From IMG/VR virus record IMGVR_UViG_3300043219_000190, positions 1-53,301 of that record: a stretch of 53,301 nt of DNA. The stretch is one strand, 5' to 3'. The translations under genes and the position numbers were made by a program. The notes under the pieces were generated by a model, which did not search any database, was not told the origin of the DNA, and saw only the letters and a program-made list of their open reading frames with translations. Positions within the stretch are counted from its first letter, which is position 1. Every line of letters begins with the position of its first letter. Source of the DNA: a virus. Its lineage: Duplodnaviria > Caudoviricetes. Below are positions 19,496-27,929 of the stretch, in pieces.

Positions 19496-19915
19496 ATGAT
19501 TAATATAACAAATAACACCCAATATAACGGCGAACCAGCAATAATAAACGGCGATGTAGTTAAAAACGGCGGTGATTATAAAAGAGTAACAGCCCTAAAT
19601 AATAAAATACTAATCTTGGTCGGTACAGATTCAGGTTATTGGGGTAATTTAATCGAACCTGTTAACTCTCAAATAAAAGGCGGTCTAGAATTATTAAAAG
19701 GGCGTGCGATCACATCAAACTTTTTAAAAGAACATACCCAAAAAGTAGAATCGTTATTAAGTCCCATGATTACAAGTAAACAGGCAAAAAGCGTAAAAGC
19801 AGAATCATTTAATAGATTTGCTGATCGTGTAGATTGGACTGCGTTAATTGTTTTAAAAGATGGACAGAAGTATTATTTTGAAAGTAGTACAGGTGAAGGA
19901 AAATTTATTAATTAG
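19496..19915 (+). CDS. Mu gp46-like baseplate wedge protein
   Basis: GYWGN, L.PMI....AKSV pattern; size. Confidence 0.7.
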   Translation: MINITNNTQYNGEPAIINGDVVKNGGDYKRVTALNNKILILVGTDSGYWGNLIEPVNSQIKGGLELLKGRAITSNFLKEHTQKVESLLSPMITSKQAKSVKAESFNRFADRVDWTALIVLKDGQKYYFESSTGEGKFIN

Positions 19916-19938
19916 TAAATAAAAGGAGATATATAGTT

Positions 19939-20214
19939 ATGGCAAATAATCCACAATTCCCAGTGAATTTAGTTAAAGAAACTTGGACAAAAATAGCAAC
20001 TGGAGTATTAACAGGAACAATTTACAACCGAAAAACTACAGTCGGGTATTTTCAAACATTTAGAGTGACAGGAGATCCAGCACCAACGGATTTAAACGAA
20101 GGGGTATCTATGTTTTTAGAACATCCAGATTACGAACCAATAGGAAGTGATAGTCCTATAGACGTGTGGGTTTTCTGTCGTGGTAAAGATGGAATTTTAA
20201 GGGTAGATCTATGA
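19939..20214 (+). CDS. Small beta-rich putative virion protein
   Basis: AAGGAG SD; in late unit. Confidence 0.5.
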   Translation: MANNPQFPVNLVKETWTKIATGVLTGTIYNRKTTVGYFQTFRVTGDPAPTDLNEGVSMFLEHPDYEPIGSDSPIDVWVFCRGKDGILRVDL

Positions 20215-20747
20215 TAGGAAACGGCGGAATAAACATAAAACCATTACCTGCAGATGATGCAATTTATCAGGCTTTGGACACTGTGGGGGATGGTTCAGGA
20301 GCCACAAATCAGGCTGTAAACGGTAGTTCAACCCCTGTTAAGTTTTTAATAAAACCTCCCGTTACAGAAAAATATATTCTAAAAAGATTAAATTTACATG
20401 CAATAGATTCAAATTGGAACAATGCAGGTTTTTATGGTGCTATTGCACTATTAGCAAACGGAATTAGAATATACATTGAAAATGATGAGGGTATTATAAA
20501 AGAATATACCAGTAATTTTAAAATACAACGAACCCATGATTGGGCGCTATTAGCTGGTGCAGATGTTACGACAATAGGAAACGCCGGAGCCGATCCCTTG
20601 GTTGTAAGGTGGACATTCGCAAGTGGTTACTCAAATATCACTCTTGACGGTTCTAAAAATGAAAGATTTGTTATGGAAATACCCGATAATCTATCAGGAC
20701 TTGATTATCAAGTTGCAACCGTTCAAGGAGGTAAAACCTTATTATGA
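20211..20747 (+). CDS. Putative virion accessory protein
   Basis: ATGA-coupled; AVNGSSTPVKF motif. Confidence 0.5.
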   Translation: MIGNGGINIKPLPADDAIYQALDTVGDGSGATNQAVNGSSTPVKFLIKPPVTEKYILKRLNLHAIDSNWNNAGFYGAIALLANGIRIYIENDEGIIKEYTSNFKIQRTHDWALLAGADVTTIGNAGADPLVVRWTFASGYSNITLDGSKNERFVMEIPDNLSGLDYQVATVQGGKTLL

Positions 20748-21298
20748 TTGGCAACGGTAAATTTTCACCTGTAAAATCTATAATTCCTGGTTCAAACGTA
20801 ACATCTAATATAACCGTGGAACTTATTAAAAAAGGTTTTATGTATACTGTTCAAACTGTAATTACTGGATTAACAGTGGATTCTGTAAAAAACTTTTATC
20901 TTGATCCATCAGCATTCACAGGGGATTTTTTAGTTATTTATGAATTATCTTATGCAGTTTCACAAGGCAAAGGAGTTGGTGAAATTTTTGTCACGGGGGA
21001 TTATGAACAGGGAACACTTCTTTCTGCATTTAATAGAAACGAAAATTCTTCAAATACTCCTCAGTCTAAAATTTCAGTAGATCCAACAATAAACGATCTA
21101 GGAGTAGGGACTTTTAAATATTTAGCAGGTTCAGAAGCACAAGGTAATAATTTAGGTGGTGGCGGCTTTAAAGGAAATCCAGATTTCCCACTAGAAGTAA
21201 ATAAAACACTGGACAGAATATTTAGAGTAACACAATCAGGCGGTTCTGGAACTTATGACCTAGAATTAAGACTTGTATTCGCTGAAATAACCGTTTAA
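20744..21298 (+). CDS. Putative virion accessory protein
   Basis: ATGA-coupled; same MIGNG start as previous gene. Confidence 0.5.
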   Translation: MIGNGKFSPVKSIIPGSNVTSNITVELIKKGFMYTVQTVITGLTVDSVKNFYLDPSAFTGDFLVIYELSYAVSQGKGVGEIFVTGDYEQGTLLSAFNRNENSSNTPQSKISVDPTINDLGVGTFKYLAGSEAQGNNLGGGGFKGNPDFPLEVNKTLDRIFRVTQSGGSGTYDLELRLVFAEITV

Positions 21299-21299
21299 T

Positions 21300-21329
21300 C
21301 TTGACATACGACAAGACCTGATATATATT
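21300..21329 (+). promoter_or_regulatory. Promoter with dyad operator CTTGAC-N4-GACAAG
   Basis: TTGACA (21301-06), 17 bp, TATATT, ATG 6 nt later; operator recurs at 26984 and 47068. Confidence 0.8.
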
Positions 21330-21335
21330 TAATGT

Positions 21336-21590
21336 ATGGACAAAGAATTAATATTAGGTACAGATTATGAAACTATAGATTCTATAATTAAAAAAACCAG
21401 TCTAAAAACTAGACAGGCAATTAATTATAGAATCCAAGTTTTAAAGAAAAGAGGTGTCGTCATAGAATCGTTATACAATAATCGTGGAGTATATTGGTTA
21501 AGAAAAGACGCCGACAAAATTATGAATATTAAATTTACAAAGAATAGGAGCAACAATGTCACTAAATCCAAAAATGTTAAAAGAGTGTAA
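21336..21590 (+). CDS. Small HTH DNA-binding protein
   Basis: TIDSIIKKTSLKTRQAINYRIQVL helix-turn-helix pattern. Confidence 0.6.
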   Translation: MDKELILGTDYETIDSIIKKTSLKTRQAINYRIQVLKKRGVVIESLYNNRGVYWLRKDADKIMNIKFTKNRSNNVTKSKNVKRV

Positions 21591-21876
21591 AGATGTAATT
21601 TACTTAAATTCAAATTTACCAGAATCAGTAGTAGAACCCGTTCATGCAGTAGTTAAGACAATTATAGCTATGGAGTATAGTTATGAGGATTTCTTATCTA
21701 GAGAGTTGTGTGGTACCAATACCCGTGCAAATGTAATTAGAGAGTTAATCCTTGCACATGGTGGATCTATTCACAGTTTTGATGAATGGTTTTTACGTTA
21801 TGAAGGCGATGGATTAACAATGTCTCAAAAAATAGGTGGTGAAGAACCTGTAGTATTAGGTGCATGGGAAGCGTAA
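21556..21876 (+). CDS. Hypothetical protein
   Basis: AGGAG SD, overlaps HTH gene. Confidence 0.65.
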   Translation: MSLNPKMLKECKDVIYLNSNLPESVVEPVHAVVKTIIAMEYSYEDFLSRELCGTNTRANVIRELILAHGGSIHSFDEWFLRYEGDGLTMSQKIGGEEPVVLGAWEA

Positions 21877-22521
21877 TTGATATTAACGAACAAGCTATTT
21901 AAAATTATTATTATTTCTCTTTTAGCTTTTTTGTCATTTATCCATATTCAGAAAATAATATTTGTAGGAATTGGATTAAATCAGATAACGTTAATTGTTT
22001 GTATTGTTTTAGGAATAGCAATTTTAAAAGAGAATAAAATTTTATATTCTTGTTCGTTTTATCTTTTCACTGTAGCTTATTTTTTAACCACTCCAGATAT
22101 TAGCCTAACCCCTGTGGTTGGGTTTTTTATTGCATTATATTATTATCGTGACATTAAAATGATAGTTACTATAATTGTATCTACCCCATCATTTTTAGTG
22201 TTAAATTTCTTCATATATGAAAGACCAGATTTTTACAATTTAATTATCTTACTTGTTATGAATTTAGGTTTATTAACATTTTTATATATTGCATTTCTTA
22301 AACACAAAAAAAGAAAAGTAGATCTATGGAAAGAAATATCAGAAAAAGAAAAAGCGATTTTAAAACTATATATGAATGGTTACGATTACGCAAAAATAAG
22401 CACAACTCTAAACATCAATGATAAAAAAGAATCCATCAGGACACTAATAACTAGGGTAAGAAAAGAATCAAAGTGTGAAAATGATATACAATTTGGCATA
22501 TGGTTGTCTGAAAAGGGATAA
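21877..22521 (+). CDS. Multi-pass membrane protein fused to LuxR-type HTH
   Basis: About 5-6 hydrophobic segments then ISEKEKAILKLYMNGYDYAKISTTLNI...SIRTLITRVRK. Confidence 0.8.
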   Translation: MILTNKLFKIIIISLLAFLSFIHIQKIIFVGIGLNQITLIVCIVLGIAILKENKILYSCSFYLFTVAYFLTTPDISLTPVVGFFIALYYYRDIKMIVTIIVSTPSFLVLNFFIYERPDFYNLIILLVMNLGLLTFLYIAFLKHKKRKVDLWKEISEKEKAILKLYMNGYDYAKISTTLNINDKKESIRTLITRVRKESKCENDIQFGIWLSEKG

Positions 22522-22522
22522 A

Positions 22523-22552
22523 TAGACAATACAGCCTAATATGTTGTATAAT
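22523..22552 (+). promoter_or_regulatory. Candidate lysis-cassette promoter
   Basis: TAGACA, 18 bp, TATAAT. Confidence 0.55.
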
Positions 22553-22590
22553 AATTTAATTAACAAGTTAATATTAGATAGTCCGATTAC

Positions 22591-22630
22591 GTCGGGTTAT
22601 TTGTTTTTAACAGTAGCCCGACTTTTTTAT
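22591..22630 (+). terminator. Intrinsic terminator/attenuator ahead of lysis genes
   Basis: GTCGGGTTA...TAGCCCGAC stem followed by a T run. Confidence 0.8.
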
Positions 22631-22649
22631 TTAAAGGGGTTATTACAGG

Positions 22650-23183
22650 ATGGAGAATAAAATTTGTATGGCAGAAATTGAAACTATAGTAGCGTTATTG
22701 AAAGAGAATAACCTAAAACTTGAAGGGCTTAATACATCTTTTATGGCCTTACATTCTGATTTAACAACTTTTAAAGGTGAAGTTTCAACAGCACTTACAG
22801 ACACCAATGGAAAGTTAAAAGGCAATAATGAAGTTTTAACACTTAAAATTGACCAACTTTCAAAAGATTTAAAAAATATTACATCGAACCTTGGCGACCA
22901 AATACAAATAAATCATGACGACATATTAAGAAATAAAAATACAATAGCTAATTTATACGAATTAGATAGAGCTGCAACTAAACGCAATGACGATGCACAC
23001 ACAGAACTAATAAAAGGACTAGATGAAAAAATGTCTAATTGTTCTAGTGATTCTGGTGCAGAAATGAAAGAGATTAGAGATATAGCAAAAGATTCACAAA
23101 CTAAAATAAATATATTATTTGGTATATCTGGAGGTTTAGGTCTAGCGGTTATAGCTGGCCTAATAGATTTTTTCACTAAATAA
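22650..23183 (+). CDS. Coiled-coil protein with C-terminal TM helix (XhlA/holin-accessory-like)
   Basis: Heptad pattern, C-terminal hydrophobic helix, directly before endolysin. Confidence 0.55.
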   Translation: MENKICMAEIETIVALLKENNLKLEGLNTSFMALHSDLTTFKGEVSTALTDTNGKLKGNNEVLTLKIDQLSKDLKNITSNLGDQIQINHDDILRNKNTIANLYELDRAATKRNDDAHTELIKGLDEKMSNCSSDSGAEMKEIRDIAKDSQTKINILFGISGGLGLAVIAGLIDFFTK

Positions 23184-23200
23184 AATAGGAGTCGGACACT

Positions 23201-23683
23201 ATGGAAAGAAAAGAAAAATGGGGTATATATGCACCCTCTGACGGCATTGTATCGCTAGTATATGAATCTAATGATTATGGGTTAACTGTAGTTATTGAAT
23301 ACCCTTGTGGCACAAAAACACTACAGGGACATAATAGTAAAATATTAGTAACAGAAGGTAATAGAGTTAAAAAAGGCGAACTAATCGCAATAATGGGAAA
23401 TACTGGCAAAGGTATTCCAAAACCAAACAGACATTCACACATTGGAGTTATCCCAAAAGGTAGACCACTAACAAATCTAAAAGTAAACTGTATAAATCCT
23501 GTGCCATTCTTAATTAAAAATAATTGCGTATATCCATGTAATACTTTAGTGTCTGGAGCATTCCACGAATGTTATGGTGATTATTTTCATGAAGGAATAG
23601 ACTTTTCTGGATTGACTAAAAATTTAATTGAAGGATGGGAAAACGGAATTATGGCGAATTCTCAGAGGTATTATAAAGTATGA
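23201..23683 (+). CDS. M23 family metallopeptidase endolysin (permuted motif order)
   Basis: IYAPSDGIV, GHNS, MGNTG, HSH, INP and HEGID motifs. Confidence 0.88.
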   Translation: MERKEKWGIYAPSDGIVSLVYESNDYGLTVVIEYPCGTKTLQGHNSKILVTEGNRVKKGELIAIMGNTGKGIPKPNRHSHIGVIPKGRPLTNLKVNCINPVPFLIKNNCVYPCNTLVSGAFHECYGDYFHEGIDFSGLTKNLIEGWENGIMANSQRYYKV

Positions 23684-23886
23684 ATACCCAAAAACCATTC
23701 TATCAATCAGTTAAAAAAATGTTGGGAATATTCAATAATATTTGCTATTGGGGTATTCAATTTTATGTTGTTAAAGAAGATACGGCAATGATAGTTCCTT
23801 TTATTATTCCAGATGTTGCACTTATCACTGCATTTTTCGCATTAAAGAAAATGAACTTCGACAAAAAGGATAAAGGTAATGAGTAA
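23680..23886 (+). CDS. Putative holin
   Basis: 68 aa, two hydrophobic segments, charged C-terminus, KPFYQS start. Confidence 0.65.
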   Translation: MNTQKPFYQSVKKMLGIFNNICYWGIQFYVVKEDTAMIVPFIIPDVALITAFFALKKMNFDKKDKGNE

Positions 23887-24268
23887 TGTTAAAAAAATCG
23901 GTATCGGTCTTATTATTATTGTTGTTATCATTTCAACCATTACTCTCACGGGATATATCTTTAAAGAAAGAGCTAAAAAAATCTACTCAGAACTTGAAGA
24001 TAGATATAGCAATCTTGAAAAATCAAATCGAGGCATCAGAGAAATCAATAATAGACTTGAAAAAAGCAATATCAGACTTAACAACACAATCGAACAACTT
24101 AACAACGGAATCATCAGAACAAGCGAAATTGTTGTTGAAATTGAATCTTCAATTATCGGAGCAGGAACTACAATTGAAAGAATTGAAAAAACAATTGAAG
24201 GACTTGAACGACTTATTGACCAGCTACCAGAAAAAATTATCATTCTGGAGAAAAGCAACAGCAATTAG
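23879..24268 (+). CDS. i-spanin-like protein
   Basis: N-terminal TM plus long coiled coil after holin. Confidence 0.6.
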   Translation: MSNVKKIGIGLIIIVVIISTITLTGYIFKERAKKIYSELEDRYSNLEKSNRGIREINNRLEKSNIRLNNTIEQLNNGIIRTSEIVVEIESSIIGAGTTIERIEKTIEGLERLIDQLPEKIIILEKSNSN

Positions 24269-24335
24269 TATCATTTTATTAATATTAGAAAATGTGATAA
24301 TATATATGTTAAATCAATATAAAGGAGTATTTTAA
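23886..24335 (+). CDS. Overlapping +1-frame spanin-like protein
   Basis: Signal-like N-terminus, coiled coil, C-terminal TM; stop coupled (TAATG) to next gene. Confidence 0.55.
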   Translation: MLKKSVSVLLLLLLSFQPLLSRDISLKKELKKSTQNLKIDIAILKNQIEASEKSIIDLKKAISDLTTQSNNLTTESSEQAKLLLKLNLQLSEQELQLKELKKQLKDLNDLLTSYQKKLSFWRKATAISIILLILENVIIYMLNQYKGVF

Positions 24336-25156
24336 TGGCATTAAAATTAAGCGATAACACCCCAGATTCAAAAACCCCAACGGTAGATGAACCAGATGGG
24401 GCATTTTTAGATAAAAGTGCAGGAATTCCAGGGAGTCCAGTTCAAGCTGGTATGCGGAACGATATGGTTTATTTTTTCAGTAGAATAATGGCGGAGGTCG
24501 GAATTGCATTTAATAACATACAGGATAATATAACTAATTCACAATATTTCACGGCATTTGTTAATTTTCTAAAACCTGTAACCATTATTGCACTTGACGG
24601 TGTACCAATTACAGTTCCATTATCTAGGCACTTTACCGTTTTAATGGATTCAAGTCTTGGAGATCCAGACCTACCAGCATTTGACGGAACTTTCGAAGGT
24701 CAAAAATGTACTGTTATTTCAGACGGATCGGGAACTACAACAAATCTAGCTGGAACTGGTGAATATGTAAATGGTGTTTTTATTAGTCCTAGAGCTACAG
24801 GATTGAGTTATAAGAAAACTTGGTTGGATGGGGCTTGGTTTGTTGTTAATGAGGTTACAAATGATTTCATAAGTGGTGGTATTAGAGTAGAAAAACGTCC
24901 TAACGGATTCATGTCTCAATCTGGAAGATTCATAAAAGATAATGGACTAGTAACAGCCCAAGTGATCCCATATCAACAATCTTTTTTAGTGAATAATGGA
25001 ATTCTTTTAAATCAAATATCATCAGGTACTACAACGATGGTTACTGCCGAAGATGCCTTACTCTCTTATTTTAGTGCTATCATTATTGTTATGTCGACAG
25101 GTTCAGCATCACTTGTTGCAAGAGAATGTTATCAAAAATCAGAAGGAACGTACTAA
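24335..25156 (+). CDS. Tail fibre protein (Mu gp49-like N-terminus)
   Basis: GAF.DKS....GSPV.A...ND, SQYFTA N-terminal motifs; KRPNGFMSQSG...IPYQQSF gp53-like C-terminus. Confidence 0.75.
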   Translation: MALKLSDNTPDSKTPTVDEPDGAFLDKSAGIPGSPVQAGMRNDMVYFFSRIMAEVGIAFNNIQDNITNSQYFTAFVNFLKPVTIIALDGVPITVPLSRHFTVLMDSSLGDPDLPAFDGTFEGQKCTVISDGSGTTTNLAGTGEYVNGVFISPRATGLSYKKTWLDGAWFVVNEVTNDFISGGIRVEKRPNGFMSQSGRFIKDNGLVTAQVIPYQQSFLVNNGILLNQISSGTTTMVTAEDALLSYFSAIIIVMSTGSASLVARECYQKSEGTY

Positions 25157-25563
25157 TGATAAAATTACAAACATACTACTATAAAGATACACCGTTATCA
25201 AATTTCAAGCTACAAAAACACACAATAACAGTAGATGGTAGAATTTTTGATTTAAGCAAAATAGAATCTATAACAGAGGATCAAGAAAGCCCTGTTTATA
25301 GACTTGGTGAAGATATCATAATAAACATAAACATACCAAAAAATAGAATGTTTATGTTTACAAATGGTAATCTTTTACGATTTTTTGATATTGATGGAAA
25401 TGGAATAATTTCTGTAGATGAATTAAAAGTTGCACTAGATTATATTTTAGAAACAGATACAGAAAAAGTACAAGCTGGTTTAAAAATTATATTAGATGAT
25501 TATTTAAAAGATCACACTAAACAAGAATGGTGGGATAAAGGATTCCCTGTTAAAGCTGCATAA
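25156..25563 (+). CDS. Putative tail fibre assembly protein with EF-hand-like loop
   Basis: TAATG coupling to fibre gene; DIDGNGIISVDEL. Confidence 0.55.
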   Translation: MIKLQTYYYKDTPLSNFKLQKHTITVDGRIFDLSKIESITEDQESPVYRLGEDIIININIPKNRMFMFTNGNLLRFFDIDGNGIISVDELKVALDYILETDTEKVQAGLKIILDDYLKDHTKQEWWDKGFPVKAA

Positions 25564-25570
25564 ATAGTTA

Positions 25571-25596
25571 GCCCTCAATTGCGAGGGCATTTTTTT
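25571..25596 (+). terminator. Intrinsic terminator
   Basis: GCCCTC-aattgc-GAGGGC followed by a T run, between convergent genes. Confidence 0.8.
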
Positions 25597-25783
25597 AATT
25601 GAAACGAATAAGCTTTTTATTAATCGTCATAATATCATAAAATTCCTTACTTACATGTACAGGAATTACAATATCCTCACCATTCGGTAAATCATAACCA
25701 AAATTGTTTACATACACTTTCCCATGTTCCACTTTAATAATATCTGGATTATCAGATGGAATCATTTTTATTTTAATCATCAA
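25595..25783 (-). CDS. Small protein resembling N-terminus of the fibre assembly protein
   Basis: MMIKIKMIPSDNPDIIKVEHGKVYVNNFGYDL; start uncertain. Confidence 0.45.
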   Translation of the reverse strand: MMIKIKMIPSDNPDIIKVEHGKVYVNNFGYDLPNGEDIVIPVHVSKEFYDIMTINKKLIRFN

Positions 25784-26735
25784 AGTACCCCATTTCAACC
25801 AATACAGGATTATTAGGATAATATTCAAATACAACATTTAATAAATATTCGCCAGTTCCATATCTTTCTAATACATCAATTGCAATTGTTAATTCTTCAA
25901 GACTCATATCAATAAAATCAAATCCTAAGAATCTAAACATATTACCATTACCGAATAGGAAACTATTTTTAGAATATGTATTTATTCGGATCGCAATAGT
26001 TTTAATAGTCTCCACTGTTGCACCCTCAGCATCCATAAAACTAGTTTCGATATCATTTATTAAATAACTATCATCTGTTAGTTCAAGTACGTCTACAGTG
26101 CCTTGGCAAGTACCAGATAGATTAAATAATAATGTTTCATAATCTGGGACAGGTTCGGTATAGTTTAATTTATCCAAAAATGTATTCATATTATCTACTG
26201 TCAATTCATCAATCGTAAATTCTGGGAAATGTACTCCCCAATTATCGTAACTTTGACTAAATATAAATGAGTCCATTCCACCGAATTTAAAATCCATATT
26301 GATATATACTAATCGTTCAGTATCGGTATAATTTGTTTTAACTTCAAATCCATTAACATCTGCAGCCATAGTTTCAATATTAAATTCCGTTCCCGAATGC
26401 GTAATATTTGGATAATCAAGAGTTACTAAAGTTGTAGAATCTCGATGTGTCCTGGGGATTAAAATAAATCTGGTTGTGTAGTTAATTATTATTGGTTCTG
26501 TTTCTGGTTCTGTTTCTGGAATAATTTCAACTGGTTCTTCCTCTTCCTCTTCTAAAATTACTGGTTCTGGTTCTTCAATTATTTCCTCTTCAATTACAGG
26601 TTCAGGCTCGACAGTTTCTATAACCACAACTTCAGTTTCTTCAATCTCTGCCTCTAATTCCGCTGTTGCTGGTTCTTGATCTAATTCACAATTAAATAAT
26701 AGTATTGCGAATGTTAGTAGTAGTAATTTTTTCAT
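25773..26735 (-). CDS. Lipoprotein with acidic Glu/Pro linker
   Basis: MKKLLLLTFAILLFN-C signal; about 65-aa E/P/I-rich stretch; AAGGAG SD. Confidence 0.75.
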   Translation of the reverse strand: MKKLLLLTFAILLFNCELDQEPATAELEAEIEETEVVVIETVEPEPVIEEEIIEEPEPVILEEEEEEPVEIIPETEPETEPIIINYTTRFILIPRTHRDSTTLVTLDYPNITHSGTEFNIETMAADVNGFEVKTNYTDTERLVYINMDFKFGGMDSFIFSQSYDNWGVHFPEFTIDELTVDNMNTFLDKLNYTEPVPDYETLLFNLSGTCQGTVDVLELTDDSYLINDIETSFMDAEGATVETIKTIAIRINTYSKNSFLFGNGNMFRFLGFDFIDMSLEELTIAIDVLERYGTGEYLLNVVFEYYPNNPVLVEMGYFDD

Positions 26736-26947
26736 GATTGCTCCTTTAAGTATTGCCCTGCTCTCTCTACATAAATATATAGTTTATCGTTTTCGTTTTT
26801 ATGATCGACTATTTTATTTAAATGTATTCTAAGTTTCTCGTTTTCTTCTAGTATATCCAATACTAACTGATGCTCTAATCTAATTGATTCTGGAATGTAC
26901 TTTTTTAAAATACTTTCACAATGATCTTTTAATTCTATCCTATTCAC
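26732..26947 (-). CDS. Hypothetical protein
   Basis: AAGGAGAG SD, first gene after operator-bearing promoter. Confidence 0.65.
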   Translation of the reverse strand: MNRIELKDHCESILKKYIPESIRLEHQLVLDILEENEKLRIHLNKIVDHKNENDKLYIYVERAGQYLKEQS

Positions 26948-26969
26948 TTTATTCTCTCCTTACCCTCTA

Positions 26970-27043
26970 ATTATTACACAACTCTTGTCATACGTCAAGC
27001 ATTAAACCCTCAATTTGTTATTATCTCGATATTATGATATATT
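26970..27043. promoter_or_regulatory. Divergent promoters with dyad operator copy 2
   Basis: Minus: CTTGACGTATGACAAG (26999-26984). Plus: TTGTTA (27015-20), 17 bp, TGa-TATATT (27035-43). Confidence 0.7.
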
Positions 27044-27049
27044 TATTGT

Positions 27050-27670
27050 GTGATTTTCTGGGGTTATTTTGTCCATGTGGCTCTGGGATCTCACATTTTA
27101 AGGGGTTTATTTATGACATTATGGAGCGTAGTAACTGGTTATTTAGTTGATAAATATTTAAATAGTGATAATTCTGTTGCGATACATCAAATTAAAACAG
27201 ATGGAAAACCCGAAACGGTATTATCTGGGTTCGCTCCTGGACTTGAAATCAATGTAGCAGATGGTGAAAATATAGTATTCCAGAAAATAAAAGGGTCGTC
27301 TAGTTTTAAAATTGCGATCGGTGGAACTAATCAGTTGATTGCTCCAGATACAGAACGTGGGGAACGACGGATATATTCAGTTAGTGAAGATGGAACGGAA
27401 ATTAAATCTATTCTTAAATTAAAAAATGATGGTGAAATGATTTTAAATGGTGGGACTGATTCGGCGGTTTTATTTTCGGAATTACAGACGGCGTATGATC
27501 AATTAAAGTCGGATTTTGATAATTTTGTATCTACTGTTTATGGTGTGCATACTCATATTGTAACTACTCCAGACACTATTAACGGTTCAGCATCCCCAAC
27601 AACTGCACAAGGTAGCCCCTCAACTGGCGATATTACTCCAGCTGAGAGTGAGGATGTTAAATTAAGTTAG
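27050..27670 (+). CDS. Baseplate central spike (Mu gp45-like); start GTG 27050 or ATG 27113
   Basis: GERRIYS motif, HTH metal-binding tip motif (VHTH). Confidence 0.8.
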   Translation: MIFWGYFVHVALGSHILRGLFMTLWSVVTGYLVDKYLNSDNSVAIHQIKTDGKPETVLSGFAPGLEINVADGENIVFQKIKGSSSFKIAIGGTNQLIAPDTERGERRIYSVSEDGTEIKSILKLKNDGEMILNGGTDSAVLFSELQTAYDQLKSDFDNFVSTVYGVHTHIVTTPDTINGSASPTTAQGSPSTGDITPAESEDVKLS

Positions 27671-27929
27671 GTAACATTTTTAGTACCCAGTGGTCAGTAT
27701 CACTACCTTTTATATCTGGGCTGGTATTACATTCATGATCTTCTAGACAACCTTGTTCTATTTCGTATTGACCATTAACTATAGGGTCGTTTAAGCCACA
27801 ATTGCCACAACATTTTAATGATTCAATATAATTTTCTATATTTCTTAATGATTCAAAACAGTCTCTAACTGCTCCAGTTTGTCTAACCATTTTGGATAAA
27901 TATTCTAAATCTTTTTTAACATCACACAT
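27657..27929 (-). CDS. Cys-rich hypothetical protein
   Basis: CCGNC motif; start MCDVKK after GAGGTGG. Confidence 0.55.
   Translation of the reverse strand: MCDVKKDLEYLSKMVRQTGAVRDCFESLRNIENYIESLKCCGNCGLNDPIVNGQYEIEQGCLEDHECNTSPDIKGSDTDHWVLKMLPNLI

Noticed and set aside
25579-25587. TTGCGAGGG shared between terminator and genome end
   Set aside because: Nine-base match, plausible by chance; no further homology
26493-26520. GGTTCTGTTTCT tandem repeat matching 8060-8082 in reverse
   Set aside because: Both encode low-complexity ETEPETE peptides
24335-26735. Diversity-generating retroelement or invertase shufflon at the tail fibre
   Set aside because: No reverse transcriptase, no TR/VR pair differing at adenines, no recombinase or inverted crossover sites found by eye
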